Below are positions 23,553 through 36,936 of a stretch of 64,000 nucleotides of DNA, one piece after another; position 1 is the stretch's first letter, and each line of letters begins with the position of its first letter. Origin of the DNA: Callorhinchus milii. Lineage: Eukaryota. Below the pieces are notes generated by a model that was given only the letters and a program-made list of their open reading frames with translations, did not search any database and was not told the origin of the DNA. The stretch is taken from contig NW_024704742.1 of the NCBI RefSeq assembly GCF_018977255.1, forward strand, positions 128,094,001 through 128,158,000. The letters run 5' to 3'. The translations under genes were made by a program, and so were the position numbers.

Positions 23553-26517
23553 ATTCCCAATACAAACTGATGTACCTAAATTTACGTTCCTTCAGCAAAT
23601 CACCTCCTAATGTGTTCTATGAAGTGTTAGATTAGGTTAAACTGACCAGGTTCCTGTTCTATTCCCAGTTTCCTTCCAATAAGAATCCTTGCATTTGATA
23701 CAATAGATAATTAGTATCAAGTATAATTGTAGGTAATTGTAGGACATCATGGGATCTTTAATATCCACCCAGATGAGATGATGGGATCTCCAGATGGCGC
23801 CTGTAACAGTGCAGCAACCCATGGTACTGGAGTATCAGTCCCGACCTTACGATCAAGTCCATAAACTCAACTCCCAACATGGGAGCTGGTCCAAAGGGAT
23901 GGGTAACAACTACAACTTGCATTTATATAGAGTTCTTCACGCCCGCCGGCGTCTCAGAATGTTTAGATAATAATAATGATAATAATAATAATGATAATGA
24001 TAATCCTTACCTTTGATATAGCACCTTACATGCCAAGAGGTAGCACCAAGCGTTTCACAAGATTTACTGTAAATTGTATCTGTAGGTGTTTGTAGGTGAA
24101 CCCGGAAGCCAATTTGTGCAGTGTCCTACAAACAGCCACAATGTGTCACCAACTGAGCCAGCCTGACACATCAGGCAAACTGCCTTCATCTGGCAGTGCA
24201 ACGCACACAGGATTGTAGGCCTTCCCAGGGAAATATAGCTGCAAAAAATGTTTCTAACCTACCGGCTGTTTTGTACGCCTCCATTTGAAGGTGTAGAGGA
24301 AGGTTAACATCCCTTGCTTAAATTTTCATGGTTTACCTTGCATTAAATAGGCAGGAAGTTATTGACACTATCTTACCAGATTTTCTTCCAACAAAAAATA
24401 AAAACCTTCGTAGCTGCTTCCTTAACCATGCAGAAGAAGGGAAGAATTGGCAGGTTGTACTTTTCATGAGGTTACTGCTTGCATTCTTAGATATTATTAT
24501 CTGCTGATAATTGGATGGAAGTGAATCTTTTTTTACGCACAGAGAAGTGTTAATGTTGCCAGTTATAGATTGAAACTGAAAGGGAAGAAAAGTGTATTCA
24601 GGCCACGATAATACATTTACATCTTATCAGCTACTATGGCCCTATTTTCTTGAACTCCCTGTCTTAGCCCCTCTATCTGGCCCTCTCTTCATTTGGGTTT
24701 AAATCCTACATTAAGACCTACCTCTTCGACCAGCTTACAGTCATCTTACCTTTTCCCTTGTTTTGGATCACTGTGCAGCGCTCCGAGACCCTATTTTGAG
24801 TGAAAGGCGCTGTATAAATATAAGTTGTTGCTGTGGTTATTTCCTGATAATAATAGTCCTTGCATTTGATATAGTGCTTTTCACGTCTTCTAGACATCTC
24901 ACAGCGCTTCACAGAATAGACTGTAAAGTGAATTGACTGCATATTTGTGGACAAAAATGATCTTTTAACACTAAAATAATGATAATAATCCTTGCATTTG
25001 ATATAGCTCCTGGAATGTTAAAAAGTCATACATAGCACTTTATAGATAATTGCTTTCAAGTGTAGTGACTATATTTATAGGTGAATTCAGCAAAGTCTTA
25101 CTCCTGGATTGGTGTGGGTGGGGTGGTGGAGTTTTAGATAAGTTGGAGCTTAGAGATGGTGGAGCTAGGGAGAACAGCGAGGGGGAATTGGAAAGGTCTA
25201 AGCGGGAGGTAATGGATGCATAGGTAGTCCTTCCTGGGTGAGTGCAGAACAAAAAAACATTTCTCTTTTCACAACAGCTCCCCAAACTTCACTACTTGCT
25301 GGTTGGATTACCTTCTTACTACTGCCCAGAGTGAAGGCAAGCCTTTGTCACCATGAGGCATCTACATAAGATATGTGGATGTTTTTCTGGAGGTCAGCAA
25401 TTTATCTGGCAATCTGTCAGTCAGGAGTTTCAAACAGTAAAGAAAGTGGGGATGCGGGAAAAATAAAGGCATATAATTCAGGTAGCTACACATGGCCATT
25501 TGAGATGCGCTGCACCAATATCAATGTTTAATTGATGCTATCGAAGTTTGGTCAGAGGAATTACATAAAGGTTCCCATCGGAACAAAATTAGACCCATCC
25601 AATTGGTTTATTTATTGGTTTAATAATAATAATGTAATAATAATAGTTGGTTTATAAATAATAATTTGGTCAATCAATCCACGACGGTTTGTGGGACACT
25701 GCAGTGTGCAATTGGCTGCCGCCTTTCACCCACAAAATATACAGTCAATTCACTTTACAGTATGTTCTGTGAAGCACTTTGAGACATCTCAAAGACGTGA
25801 GAAGGCACTATATCAAACTCAAGGATTATTATTATTGTTATTATCACTCCAGGGCATTACTCCACCATACACTTTTACATAAATTATTATTATTTATTTC
25901 AGTCTCATGGAGATTTCTTGTTTTCGGAAGGTGTTTGTTTCTTCTCCCCAGAAGCAGGCAGGATGGCGCAGGCAGTATTAATTCTTCACTTGTGCCTTGT
26001 CAAACAAGTGCTTCAAACAGAATAAATGAGGTGGTGCATGAAAGCGGGGCTACAGCAAGCTGTCAGTCTCTCCTTGCCGTGGGAGAGAAGTGCCTCTCAC
26101 GCTGCAGTCAGAACGCCCGTTCATAGCCGCGGTCAGAATTATATCTTAAAAAAAATCAGTTTGAGGAGAGGATATGTCGTCTTGGCATTTCCCTTTCATA
26201 GCATTAGTTTCCAATTACTGTGAGAAAGAAATGAAATTGATAGTTTCGACCTGAATTTTTTATGGGCCTCGGCGCTGTAAATTGCATCCAGTAGTAATTG
26301 GGGAATGAATGGGGCAGGATTCTGGTGAAACTAGGCTGGGATTCAGCTGTATGTAATACTCAGGAGTGAAGCGCTTAATGGCTTAAGATTTAAATTTGAC
26401 ATCTCTTCAGCAAACTGAATTCCAATTACACGAATATCGTCAAAGTATTCACATTTCAGCACTGTGAGAAATTCATGCTGTTTTCTGCAAGTGTTTCTCA
26501 CCGGAGTGAGCAGATGC

Positions 26518-26900
26518 TGTCAGGCCAGCCACCTCTCTTGGTAGAAATCTCACATCCAGGTTGTGGGTTCAAGCCCCACGTCGGGATGTGAGTTCAGAAT
26601 CCAGGCTAACACTCCAGTGCACCATTGTCAGAGAGACCATTCCTTTGGATGAAATGTTAAACCGAGATTTTGGCTGTCTGTTCAGGTAGATGTTAAAGAT
26701 CCCGCTACACTATTCGGGGTGGGGGGAGGAAAGGGGTCTTCACTTGTTGTGGTATCCTGTCTGAGCTTCTGGGCCCACACTGTGTGTAAATTGTCTTCCA
26801 CGTTTGTCTGTAAATAATCTCTACACCTGACAGTAATTACCTGTGAAGCACTGTGAGTTGTGTTGATGTTAGAGGTGCTCGATCAAATGCAAGGATAATT
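26518..26900 (+). mobile_element. DeuSINE
   Basis: ggttgtgggttcaagccccac..aggctaacactccagtgc..tttggatgaaatgttaaaccgag..gttcaggtagatgttaaagatccc, then tail. Confidence 0.82.
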
Positions 26901-27059
26901 CTCAATGGATTTTAATTGAAACTGCCATCCCTGGCATGTTTTGTCTCTGGGCTGATGTCATTCACATAAACATCTGCAAAATGCTGGGAATAGTCTTCAC
27001 GAAGTTTAAACAGTGCCATTAGAAGGAAGTGACTGGAATCTTTAAAAGCGAACCTATAA

Positions 27060-27840
27060 ATAATAATATTACTCATCATCCTTGCATTTGATATCGCGTC
27101 TTATCATGTTATCAAAGTGTCTCAAAGTGGTTCATAGGATTTATTGTGAAGTCTAGTGACTATGTATTTTTGTAGGGAAATGCAGCATCCAATTTGCACA
27201 TAGCGATATCCTACAAACATCCTGAAGTGAAAGTAGAAATCATTTAATGCCCTGGCACCTGCCTACCTTTCTGACCTGCTTACATCCCACTCCACTGCCT
27301 GCTAACTTTGCTCAGCTGGCTCCAGGCTTCTGCATGCCTCTCATACCCTCAGCTCCACCAACATAGACCGCACTTTCAGTCACTACGCCCCAAAACTATG
27401 GAACTATCTGCCTTTAAACCCTCTGCCTTGCCTCCTCCTTCCCCATCCTCCAATAGACCTGAAGACCTTCTTCTTCAACCGTGCCTATCGTTATCTCATG
27501 TCTCTCTCCGGCTCAGCGTCAGGCTCTGCCACTATTAAGCGCTCTAAGATGCTAACCTGCGTGAAGGGCGCTATATAAATATAAGTTGTTGTTGACCAAT
27601 TTTATCTGTGGGATTGTTGGCTAGGGCATCAGGAGAGACTTGTGTCTTTTTGAGTAGTGTCATCAGATCTTTAGTAATGTCTACCTGAACAGGCAGACAT
27701 CTCATCCGTAGGATGTCACTTCTGATAACACAGTACTTCTTCAACACCAGATTATCAGCCTAGACTGTGAGTTCAAAGGTAGACATGGGGCTTGAGCCCA
27801 CAGCCTTTTACCTCAGAGATGAGAATGCTGCCAACTGCCA
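27060..27840 (-). mobile_element. DeuSINE split by an L2 3' end (+ strand, about 27245-27593)
   Basis: Tail at 27060-27240, Deu domain and head at 27594-27840; the insert ends tatataaatataagttgttgttg. Confidence 0.8.
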
Positions 27841-28497
27841 ACCCTATGAGGAACAGGCGGGGAAATGGGATTACAAGAACTGACATGATTCAATACAATG
27901 ACAGAAAAAGCTGAATGAGTGGGATAGCTTCCCCTATTCCTACAAAAGGAAGGTAAGATATGGATTTGAATGGATCAAACAAGACATCATTTTGAGTTAT
28001 TTAGTACTTTGTACTTCACATTGACATGGAGAAGAAGATTATGGGGTATTTCATTAGTGGGGTTGATGTGATCATACATGAGCCTTGCTCCTCAACTATC
28101 ACTGGCTCCTCAACCCCTGTTCTGGAATTCTGCGCATTGAACTGTAACTTTGCACTGGTTTATAAAACAAACAGCATCTTAAGATTCTCCCCAATCCAAC
28201 CCGACTTTCATTTGAGGTTCCACGAGGCAGAATTTGAGCATTGCGTCACAGAGTACCAAATGCCTGAAGTCAGTATTCTCTGTTAGCTGTAATCAAATGG
28301 CGATCTCAACGATTGGGGCAGTTTTCATTTTGGAAATGTCTTCTGAGACCGCTGTGTGTATGTTTGTGTGCGTGTTTGTGTGTATGTGTGGGGAGGGGTG
28401 TATTTGGAGTGGGGGTGACCCCTTACTTCTCTGCACCAACACCCAGTCAGCGATGCCCTAAAAACAAATGAAGTGAATGTTTTGAGAGTCTATCTTA

Positions 28498-28812
28498 GGA
28501 GTTCTGTGGCTCAGTGGTTGGAGCACTCGTCTCACAAGCGAGAGACCTGAGTTTGATTCCCGGCCCGAAACTATGGACGAAACCTTGGGCAAGTTTCCTT
28601 GCTCCACATGCCTGAAAATAATCCCTCAAGAAAAAAACTAATAAAATTGTTCACTTTCAATCCATGAATGTTTGTAGGAAACTGCTGTGCGCAGTTGGCT
28701 GCCGCATTTTGCCCACAAAATATGCAGTCAATTCACTTTACAGTATATTCTGTGAAGCGCTTTGAGACGCCTCGAAGACATGAAAAGCTCTTCATCAAAT
28801 GCAAAGATTATT
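28498..28812 (+). mobile_element. tRNA-SINE (short subfamily), diverged
   Basis: ggagttctgtggctcagtggttggagcactcg..gagtttgattcc..ccttgggcaagtttcc, then 3' module. Confidence 0.9.
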
Positions 28813-29009
28813 TTTTTATTTTCTTCAGGGCATTTATCAACTGGTTACAAAATCAAGAGAGGTTCAAATGAAGAGGCCCAGTTCACTTTTTTGTGAGCAG
28901 TCATTTCACTTTAATAACTCCATAGAAGCTCCACAGGAGCTGAATACAAACCGGCCAGATTAAAATAATATGATGCACAATTTAGCTTTTATTGCTGAAA
29001 ATTTATTTC

Positions 29010-29085
29010 TGTGTGTGGAACGGAGTCTGCACTCTCCTCACTTAGAGACATACCCTGCTCAGCTAGTCCCAGAGAGTATTAGGTG
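29010..29085 (-). repeat. repeat X fragment
   Basis: Minus: aatactctctgggactagctgagcaggg..gagagtgcagactccgttcca. Confidence 0.55.
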
Positions 29086-30199
29086 CAGAATCAAAAGACG
29101 CTGCAAGAGTTTATGAGCCCAACTACATTCACCAAGTCAGGTGTTGGGGGAGGGGTGTTCATCAGCTGTCGACATGTGAAGAGTGGAAAGTCCGACAAAG
29201 TGATAATTATCACCTTTGATAATTAGACATCAGGCGTTGCATTTTTCATCCCCCTGATGTGCACACATGGGTATAATTTAGCATGTGCAGATTTTCCAAC
29301 AACTGTTTTGACCTTCAACTTTAATACATGGATTTATTTTGTGTGAGTTACACATAGTGAATAAGGTAAGTGTATGTGTGTGTGGGAGGTTAGGAGGTGG
29401 TTGGGGTGAGCAGGGAGAATTGAACAGACTATAGGAGGGGCACTCAATTTATGACTATTTGTGGAATATTGCTGTGTGCAAATTGGCTGCTGTGTCTGCC
29501 CACAAAACACTCTCCACTTTACAGTATATCGTTCGAAGTGCCTTTGAGGGTCTTCCGACATGAAAGGCAGTATATTAAATGTAATGATTTCAGTCGTGGG
29601 CAGAAGCTGTTACATTTTCCCTTTGTTTTTTCCATTTCTGGTACAAATTGGGCATCGGGAGCCAGCAAGAGATTGAACATGAGGTTCATCTAATGTCAGT
29701 ATCTCCCATGCAGTAGCAAACAAGGTATTAGTGTTATTGGGCCAGATATGAAGATAGAATAAGTCACTGTATATGGAGCTTTGCTTCGGTGCTTTGAGTA
29801 GCACTGGGGTCACCAGAATTTAAGACCTATTTACCACTAACGCAGTAGGGGGTCTGAGTACTATCAGGTGCTCCCAGTCACTATTATAGTCTCTCTGTGT
29901 TTACTGAGGGCTTGAATCACTGCTTCCGATTCCCTTAAGAATGGTTTATGACTTTTTTTCTCTCTCTCTCAGAAAACTCAGTCAGCTTTAATGCCATGCA
30001 CCTTTGAGTTCAAATATTTTCTCAGACAAATCAAGGTGCGGGATGATAGCCGTGTGCAGCGAGGCTGTCTTAAGAATAATTTATTGTTGCACAATTTCAG
30101 AATTTCTGCTGAGGATGAGTGGAATTGTATTGAATTGCCAATAAATAGTATTGTTGACACATTGAGACAGCATCACTGCTTTGTATTGTAACTCCCAGG

Positions 30200-30812
30200 G
30201 AAGGATGCTGCATTTATTTCAAATGGTGCCATAGCATCTTTCATGTCACTTGAACAGCTAGATGGGACCTTGGTTTAATGTCTGATCTGAAAGACGGTAC
30301 CTCCAACAGTGAATGTAGTTCTCCCCCAACACTATGCTGGGAGTGCTCTTGAAGTTACCACTAATTTACAGACAAAATAATATTTCTGAATAATAATAAT
30401 CCTTGTATTTGATATAGTGCTTATAACTTTTAAAACAACTTACCGGAAATTGATGTCAAGTGTAATGACTGTATTAGTAAGCGAATAAGTCTATTTGCAC
30501 ACTGCAATACTGCACAAACAGCCATGAAGTGAATGATCAATTTTATCTGGGGAATTGTTGGCCAGGACACTGGAAGAAACTCCATTCTCTTTTCGAATAG
30601 TGGCATGAGATTTTTAATTCCCACCTGAATAAGCAGACAGGACCTTGGTTTATTGTCTCATTTGAAGGATGGCATTTCCAATAAAGTAGCTCTGGTCTGA
30701 TAGTGCAGATGAGCATCAGCCTGGACCAGGCGCTCAAGTCCTGCTATGGGGTTTCAGCTCACCGTCTTCTGACTCAGAGATGAGAGTGCTACCAACTGAG
30801 TATACTTGACAC
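30200..30812 (-). mobile_element. Deu-domain fragment (30200-30350) plus full DeuSINE (30390-30812)
   Basis: gaccttggtttaatgtct.atctgaaagacggtacctcc and aagcagacaggaccttggttta..ctgactcagag..tgctaccaactgag. Confidence 0.85.
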
Positions 30813-31409
30813 TTAAAACTATCTTGAGGAACCCTTGAGTATATTCGGTATTAATGATGCACTAAAGCCTAATAAGATATATTACCCATTTGAGTCAACA
30901 CAGCAGGCTTCACTGGAATGTAAAGCACAAATGGACAATCGCAGCTGGAAACCGACCATATTTGTACATCCTCAAGGTGAGAAATATTGGATCTATAATT
31001 GAATCAATTGCAAAAAAAGGAATCAATAGTTATCAACAGTTAATGTTTGGTATTCATCATCAATTTGCCTTTTTGTGGCAGTTACCCCCAAAACACACAA
31101 TATCTTCACCTTACAGTAAATCATATCAAGTGTTTGAGATGTGCCCTTGATGTGAAAGGTACTATTCTAAATGTAAGGATTATTATTCTGATGAACGCAC
31201 CAGGGAAACAATTTGGTGTGTTCCCCAGTCAGTCATCGGGGAGGAAGGGGTCTCTTTCCAATGTTCCACAGTCTCTGTAATTGTTTTTTAGGAAATGTTT
31301 TGTTCCTCACTTCCTCTAAAGACTTACCCTTTCAAAAGCTATTACTTCCTCTATTAAAGTACTTGGATCTTTTTGAATGAGGAAGTGATGATGATACATA
31401 TCTTCCTGC

Positions 31410-31855
31410 TGAGAACCTCATTCATGCATTCATCTCTTCCAGCCTTGACTACACTAACTCACACCTCCCAACACTTCCTTCTACAAGCTGCTAATTATTC
31501 AGAACCCCGTACTAAGCTCTGTGAACCAATGACCTCCATCCTCGCCCGGCTCCACTGGCTCCCCATCCCTCAGAGGATCGAGTTTCAAATCCTCGTCTTT
31601 GTTTTGAAAGCCCTCCACGGCCGTGCTTCTCCCTATCTCTTTGACCTATTAACACCTTACCAAACTGTCCGCTCCCTCCGCTCAGCTGTCACTGCCTGCT
31701 TCATTTCGCCTGCCCTGCCTGTGCCATCATTGGAGGTCAGGCCTTCAGCTATTCTATCCCCACCTTTTGGAATCCTGGAATCCAGGAATCCTGCTGCTTC
31801 ACTCCCTCCCATCAAGGCCTCTCTGAAGACCTTTCTCTTTGACTGTGCCTGAGTC
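31410..31855 (+). mobile_element. L2 ORF2 C-terminal fragment
   Basis: ILARLHWLPIPQRIEFQILVFVLKALHG..PYL.DLL.PY..R.LRS and LKTFLF. Confidence 0.9.
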
Positions 31856-31859
31856 CACT

Positions 31860-32100
31860 TTCACGTTAACGATCCCATGATATTATTCAAAAAAAGAAGG
31901 GAGTTTCTCCCAGTGTCCTGTTCAACTGTCCCCCAAATAAACTTAATCACTCATTTTATAGCTGTTTGTGGGACATTGCTGTACAAAAAATTGCTGCATT
32001 CGCCCAGAAAATGCAGTCAATCCACTTATATATATTCTGTGAAGCGCTTTGAGTCGACTCAATGAAGTGATAAGGTGCTGTATCAAATGCAAGGGTTTTT
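31860..32100 (+). mobile_element. DeuSINE 3' half
   Basis: gttaacgatcccatga..gggagtttctcccagtgtcctg..gctgtttgtgggacattgctgt, then tail. Confidence 0.8.
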
Positions 32101-32162
32101 AATAGTCAAACATCCTGACATGATAGGTGCTACTCCAGTTTAAGGATTATTATTATTAGAGT

Positions 32163-33217
32163 CAACAACAACGACAACAAGATTACATTTGTATTGCGCC
32201 TTTCAGTCGGGAGGACGTCCTAAGGCGTTGGACAGTGTACAGCATTTCAGACCTGAGCTGGGGTCAGTGAGGGAGAAGGGAGGGGAGGGGAAGGGGGGTG
32301 ACCGATGGCATGATCGAAGAGGGGGGTTTTGAGGCGGGACTTGAAGGAAGCTAAGGAGGGGGCGAGGCGGAGTGATTGGAGGACGGAATTCTAGAGTTTG
32401 GGGGCAGAGTGGCTGAAGGCTCTCCCGCCAATGGTGGGGCGGGTGGGTCGGGGCACATGGAGCAGGCTGGAGCCGGCTGAGCGGAGGGAGCGGGCGCATT
32501 GGTAGGAGGTTAGGAGGTCGCAGAAGTAGTGTGGGGCAAGGCCATGGAGGGCTTTGTAGGTGAGGACCAGGATCTTGGACTGGATCCTCTGAAGGATAGG
32601 GAGCCAATGGAGTTGGGCGAGAATGGGGGCAATGGGGTCGCGGAGTTTGGTGAGGGAGAGGACACGGGCTGCAGAGTTCTGTATTATCTGCAGTCTATGG
32701 AGGGAGGAGTTGGGAAGGTCGACAAGCAGGGTGCTTGCATAGTCAAGCCTGGAGGTGATGAAGGCATGAACAAGAGTTTCAGCGGCCTGAAGGGTGAGGT
32801 AGTGGCGGAGTTGACAATATTAGGAAGGTGAGGGAAGGCAGAGTGTGTCATGGCTTGGGCGTGGGTAAGAAAAGACAGGTGAGGGTCGGACAAGACACCT
32901 GGGTTCCTGATTGACTTGGTGAGTTGTAGTGTGCAATCATGGAGGTTGATGCTGCCAGAGCCTGAGGTGCAGAGGCGCTGACGCGAGCCAATCTGGAGGG
33001 CCTCAGTCCTGTTCACATTCAACTGTAGGAAATTTGCCCTCATCCAGGACTTGATGTCCGACAGGCAGTCTGTCAGGACAGCAGTGGTCCTGGAGTTGAG
33101 GATGGAGACAGAAAGATAGAGTTGGGTGTCATCCGCATACATATGGAAGTTGACCCGATGTCTGCGGATGATGTTACCAAGGGGAAGCGTGTAGATATTA
33201 AAGAGGAGAGGGCCAAG
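32163..33217 (-). mobile_element. L2 LINE 3' ~1 kb (subfamily 1) with (TTG)n tail
   Basis: [42 protein letters not shown]; same subfamily as 489-1244. Confidence 0.95.
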
Positions 33218-33699
33218 TCAACCAGCTTATATTGATGGTACCCAAGGAAGTAAGAAGAACATATGACATCTTCCCCCGAATGTCCTGCAGTTGAGCTTCT
33301 CAGTTATTAATTCTTCAGGGTTCTCTCCTACAGAGTGTTGACAGTTGAATTGTTTCAGCAAAATAAAACTCACTGAATAGTGAAAATAATTTACCCCTAT
33401 TGACTCTGTCAGAATTTTAAAGATTTCTATTAGGATTTCCTCAACCTTCCCTGTTTCATCAAAAATAGAAATAGGACCATTTATGTCTGTGCTGTAAACG
33501 TTCTATGACTACAGGGCAAAAAATCTGACTTGTGATGTGATAAATGTCACTGGTGATGATTATCGCATTGCATAAAAGTTGAGTTAAACATGTTGTCTCC
33601 AAACAGCCATTGAAGTGCAGAGCACTGTATGATGGCAGGATCAAAGGTGCCACAAGATGGTATAACAGCTACAGCAAGTGGCTTTTCAGCAACAAAAAA

Positions 33700-33955
33700 G
33701 ACACTCACTGCTTACTGCTCCCTTCACTGAGTGGGTAGTGGCCTGTTTCATGTCCCCCATATCCACTCCTCCATTGATTCTGCCCCCATTGGAGCTCCAT
33801 CCTCTCCTTCGTTCAAGGCACATCTCAAAATGTACTTCTTTTACCGTGCTTTTGGTCACCTTTCACCTCCCCACTCTCACCTTGGGTGCTCATCCATCAG
33901 TGTCAAATGTTTTGGGAAATTTGTGAATGACGCTATATAAATGCAAATTGCATTG
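33700..33955 (+). mobile_element. L2 3' end fragment
   Basis: SFKAHLKMYFFYRAFG and gctatataaatgcaaattg tail. Confidence 0.75.
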
Positions 33956-34779
33956 TGCCTAATCCTGAATATTATATTGTTGTGCAATACAGTATTTGAT
34001 GAAAATATTAGCTTATGTGAAGGCAAAGTTTAATACCAATGGATTTCACCTCACTTCATGAGTACCAGTAATGTTTTACATTGAATAATATATTGGGTCA
34101 CTTGTTTTGTGATTTTTCTTTTTCTTATTTTCAATGGATGATATCGTTTATTATTTTACTGGATTTTTTGGGGATTTTTTAAACTAGTCTTTTGAGTTAA
34201 AAAATGACTGCCTTCTGGTCTGATATGCAGAAAGTGATGATAGCGTTGGCTGCCCACAAACTCAACATAGCAATCAGGAAGTGACACCTTGTGACCTGGA
34301 CATTCGCCATTTGTGTACCACATCTGCTTGGGCGGATCTCGTGACTTCTCATCTCAGAATGCTACACAGTGGCGGGTTGTACATCCAGCAAACTTTTGTA
34401 GTTTAAAGTGATAAGTGATAAAACAAGTTTAAAGCAAAGTTTGATGAAGGGAATTAATTTTCCTCGATTCGTAGAAAATTGGAAAACCTGACAAACAGCG
34501 ATTTTTACTGATTAAAATTGGAAACCAACAAGCCAAATAATATTGTAGAGTTTAACCCTTTACCATCGCTCTGGCGAGAGCTCCTGTCCTTGTCATGTGT
34601 TGTTTACTTCCTGGCTCCAACAATTCTCATCATCTGAATACAAATGATTGAAAAGGTTATATAGCAGCTTGTGACAAATGATGCTCCAAACACATGAAAT
34701 GTGAATGAGAGGAATAATTTTTGAATAAGTTCTGTTTATACCACACTTGTCTTTCATTTCTAACACCGCGAGCAGGATT

Positions 34780-35140
34780 CTCACTCAGCTCCTGTTAACC
34801 CAGCAAATCAAAGCCCTAACAGTTAGGGTGGTGCTAACTGCACAAGCAACGGGAAGCTTGCCGGTGCTGTCAATGACAAACTGTTTGATTTAGTTGGTTA
34901 AATTGCAGCAGTAATCGAACATACACTCCAGGGTGACCAATCGTTGGCTTTTGCTAACCTTTGCTTAATACTTTCTGAAATTAGGGAAGCACTCTGCTTT
35001 CCTCCAGGAAGAGAGTGTGCATCCAAATCCAGACATAGGGAATTTCCACATTAGTGGAACTCTCAGTCTGGTTTAGATATTTTGAGCATGATGATAGGTT
35101 TGTGTATGTGTCAGGCACGTGGTTTACCACAAAGAAAACA
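34780..35140 (+). repeat. repeat X, middle plus 3' part
   Basis: actcagctcctg..aaagccctaacagttagg..acaagcaacgggaagcttgcc..aatactttctgaaattagg..ctcagtctggtttagata..accacaaagaaaa. Confidence 0.75.
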
Positions 35141-35189
35141 GATTTTACTTACAATAATTTTTTTGTAGTGAAACGAAAAGGTATTTCTC

Positions 35190-35538
35190 ATAATAATAAT
35201 CATAATAATAATCCTAGCATTTGGTACAATGCCTCATCACATCACTGAAACGTCTCAAAGCACTTCACAAGCATATTGTAATGTGAATTGACTGTATTTT
35301 GTGAGCAAAACGCAGCAGCCAATTGCGCAAAGCAAAGTCCCACAAACAGTCGTGGATTGAGTGACCATGTTTGTTGAGAGAATATTACCCCCGGAAAGCA
35401 AACTACCAATCGACAACCAGGTAAACAGAGACGTGTGGAATAAGGAAACTTGCCCAAGGTTTTGCCACACCCAGAAATTGAACCCGGGTCCTCTCTCGCT
35501 TGCAAGGCAAGCGTTCTAACCACTACACTATGGGACTC
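35190..35538 (-). mobile_element. tRNA-SINE (long subfamily with CORE-like segment)
   Basis: Head, then ccttgggcaagtttcctta.tccacacgtctctgtttacct, then 3' module. Confidence 0.9.
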
Positions 35539-36936
35539 ATGAACTGAGGTTATCATCAATTGTGCTACCATTGCTCAAGTCACTGAGTTTGCCCCGTTCT
35601 TTCGAACTAGCCACTGGAATCTTTTTTTTTGCCGTGTTCAGACTTCCTATTGTATGTGTGAGTTCATATCGGCAGATGTTGCCTGAATGACCATGGTCCT
35701 TACAGTAATGATGTAACTAATGACATGCTCGCCCTTTTCACATCTTGTTACTTTATTTTCTATCACGGCTTCATGTTTTAATAGAATCTCTCCCTTTAAT
35801 TGAATCCCAGTTGTTATTAATCATACATGACTTGGATGTATTTATCTTTCAGATGTGAAGATTAAATTCATAAAGTGCTTAAAATTTAATGAGCCCTGGT
35901 ACACAGCATCCGCAGGCAATTTGTAATCCCATCTCTTCCTTCCATCATATTAACAACCCGTCATGATAGATAGCTGAACGGTTCACTGGGGGATTCCTAT
36001 AGACCTTCAGTGTCAAAATGGATGTGATTTACAAGTAATCACTGATGGAGGAAGCAGTTTTTAATGTTGATGATGGTAAACCCTAAGGTTATTGACATCT
36101 GCAGCCAATATTTTGACTATTGGATGGGATAAAAAAAACCTCAGAAGTTTAGCACGGCCTTAGATCTGATCTTATTGAATCTCAGATCTGCATCATTAAG
36201 TTTTCAAATGCATGCCTCAACAGAAAAGCAGAAGGTTTTTTTATCCCCTAAGGAACAACTACTTGTTTCTATTTAGTTTTATATTGCGTGATGTGCTTAA
36301 CACGAGTCTGTGTGATTTCTATGTTTTATGTGCAATGAAATCTTATTTGTATTGCAAATACAGAAACCCTCAAGTATGTCATCATCACCCCTCACTCTGC
36401 ATCAGGAAGATGCATTCAAAGTTCACTTTATTTCATTATATGAGTACGTCCTCTCAGTTGTCTGGGAAAACAGACAACATGGCATATACATAGTACATAC
36501 ATACACCGTTGAAAGTAAATTTCACGTTTAACCATTTAACTGCAATATAGGTGGTATAGTAGTCATTCTGCATGTCGTATTTTAAGAATTTGGGAGTTCA
36601 TGCCTTCTAATGTTGTTCTATTTTATAACTTTCTTTTTACTATGTAATAAATGTATAAAATGAATTATTTCACACAAGCACATATGGTGTACAAATACAT
36701 GTATTTCCTATTGAGCTGTATGTCTTGTCCGCGAGGCGTATACAAGCCTTTTACAAGACAAATATATTAAGCATGTGTCAAGAAATCTCATGAACCCTGA
36801 AGAATGTTACAACTTGGAAAGCAAAGCTGTGCACTTTTTATTCTGTCCATTAGGCGCGAGACCAACTGGATCTTATGATTCTTTTAAAATGCTGTTGAAC
36901 TTGCAGCGAACAATCTTTTTGAGGTGATGAGCAGTG

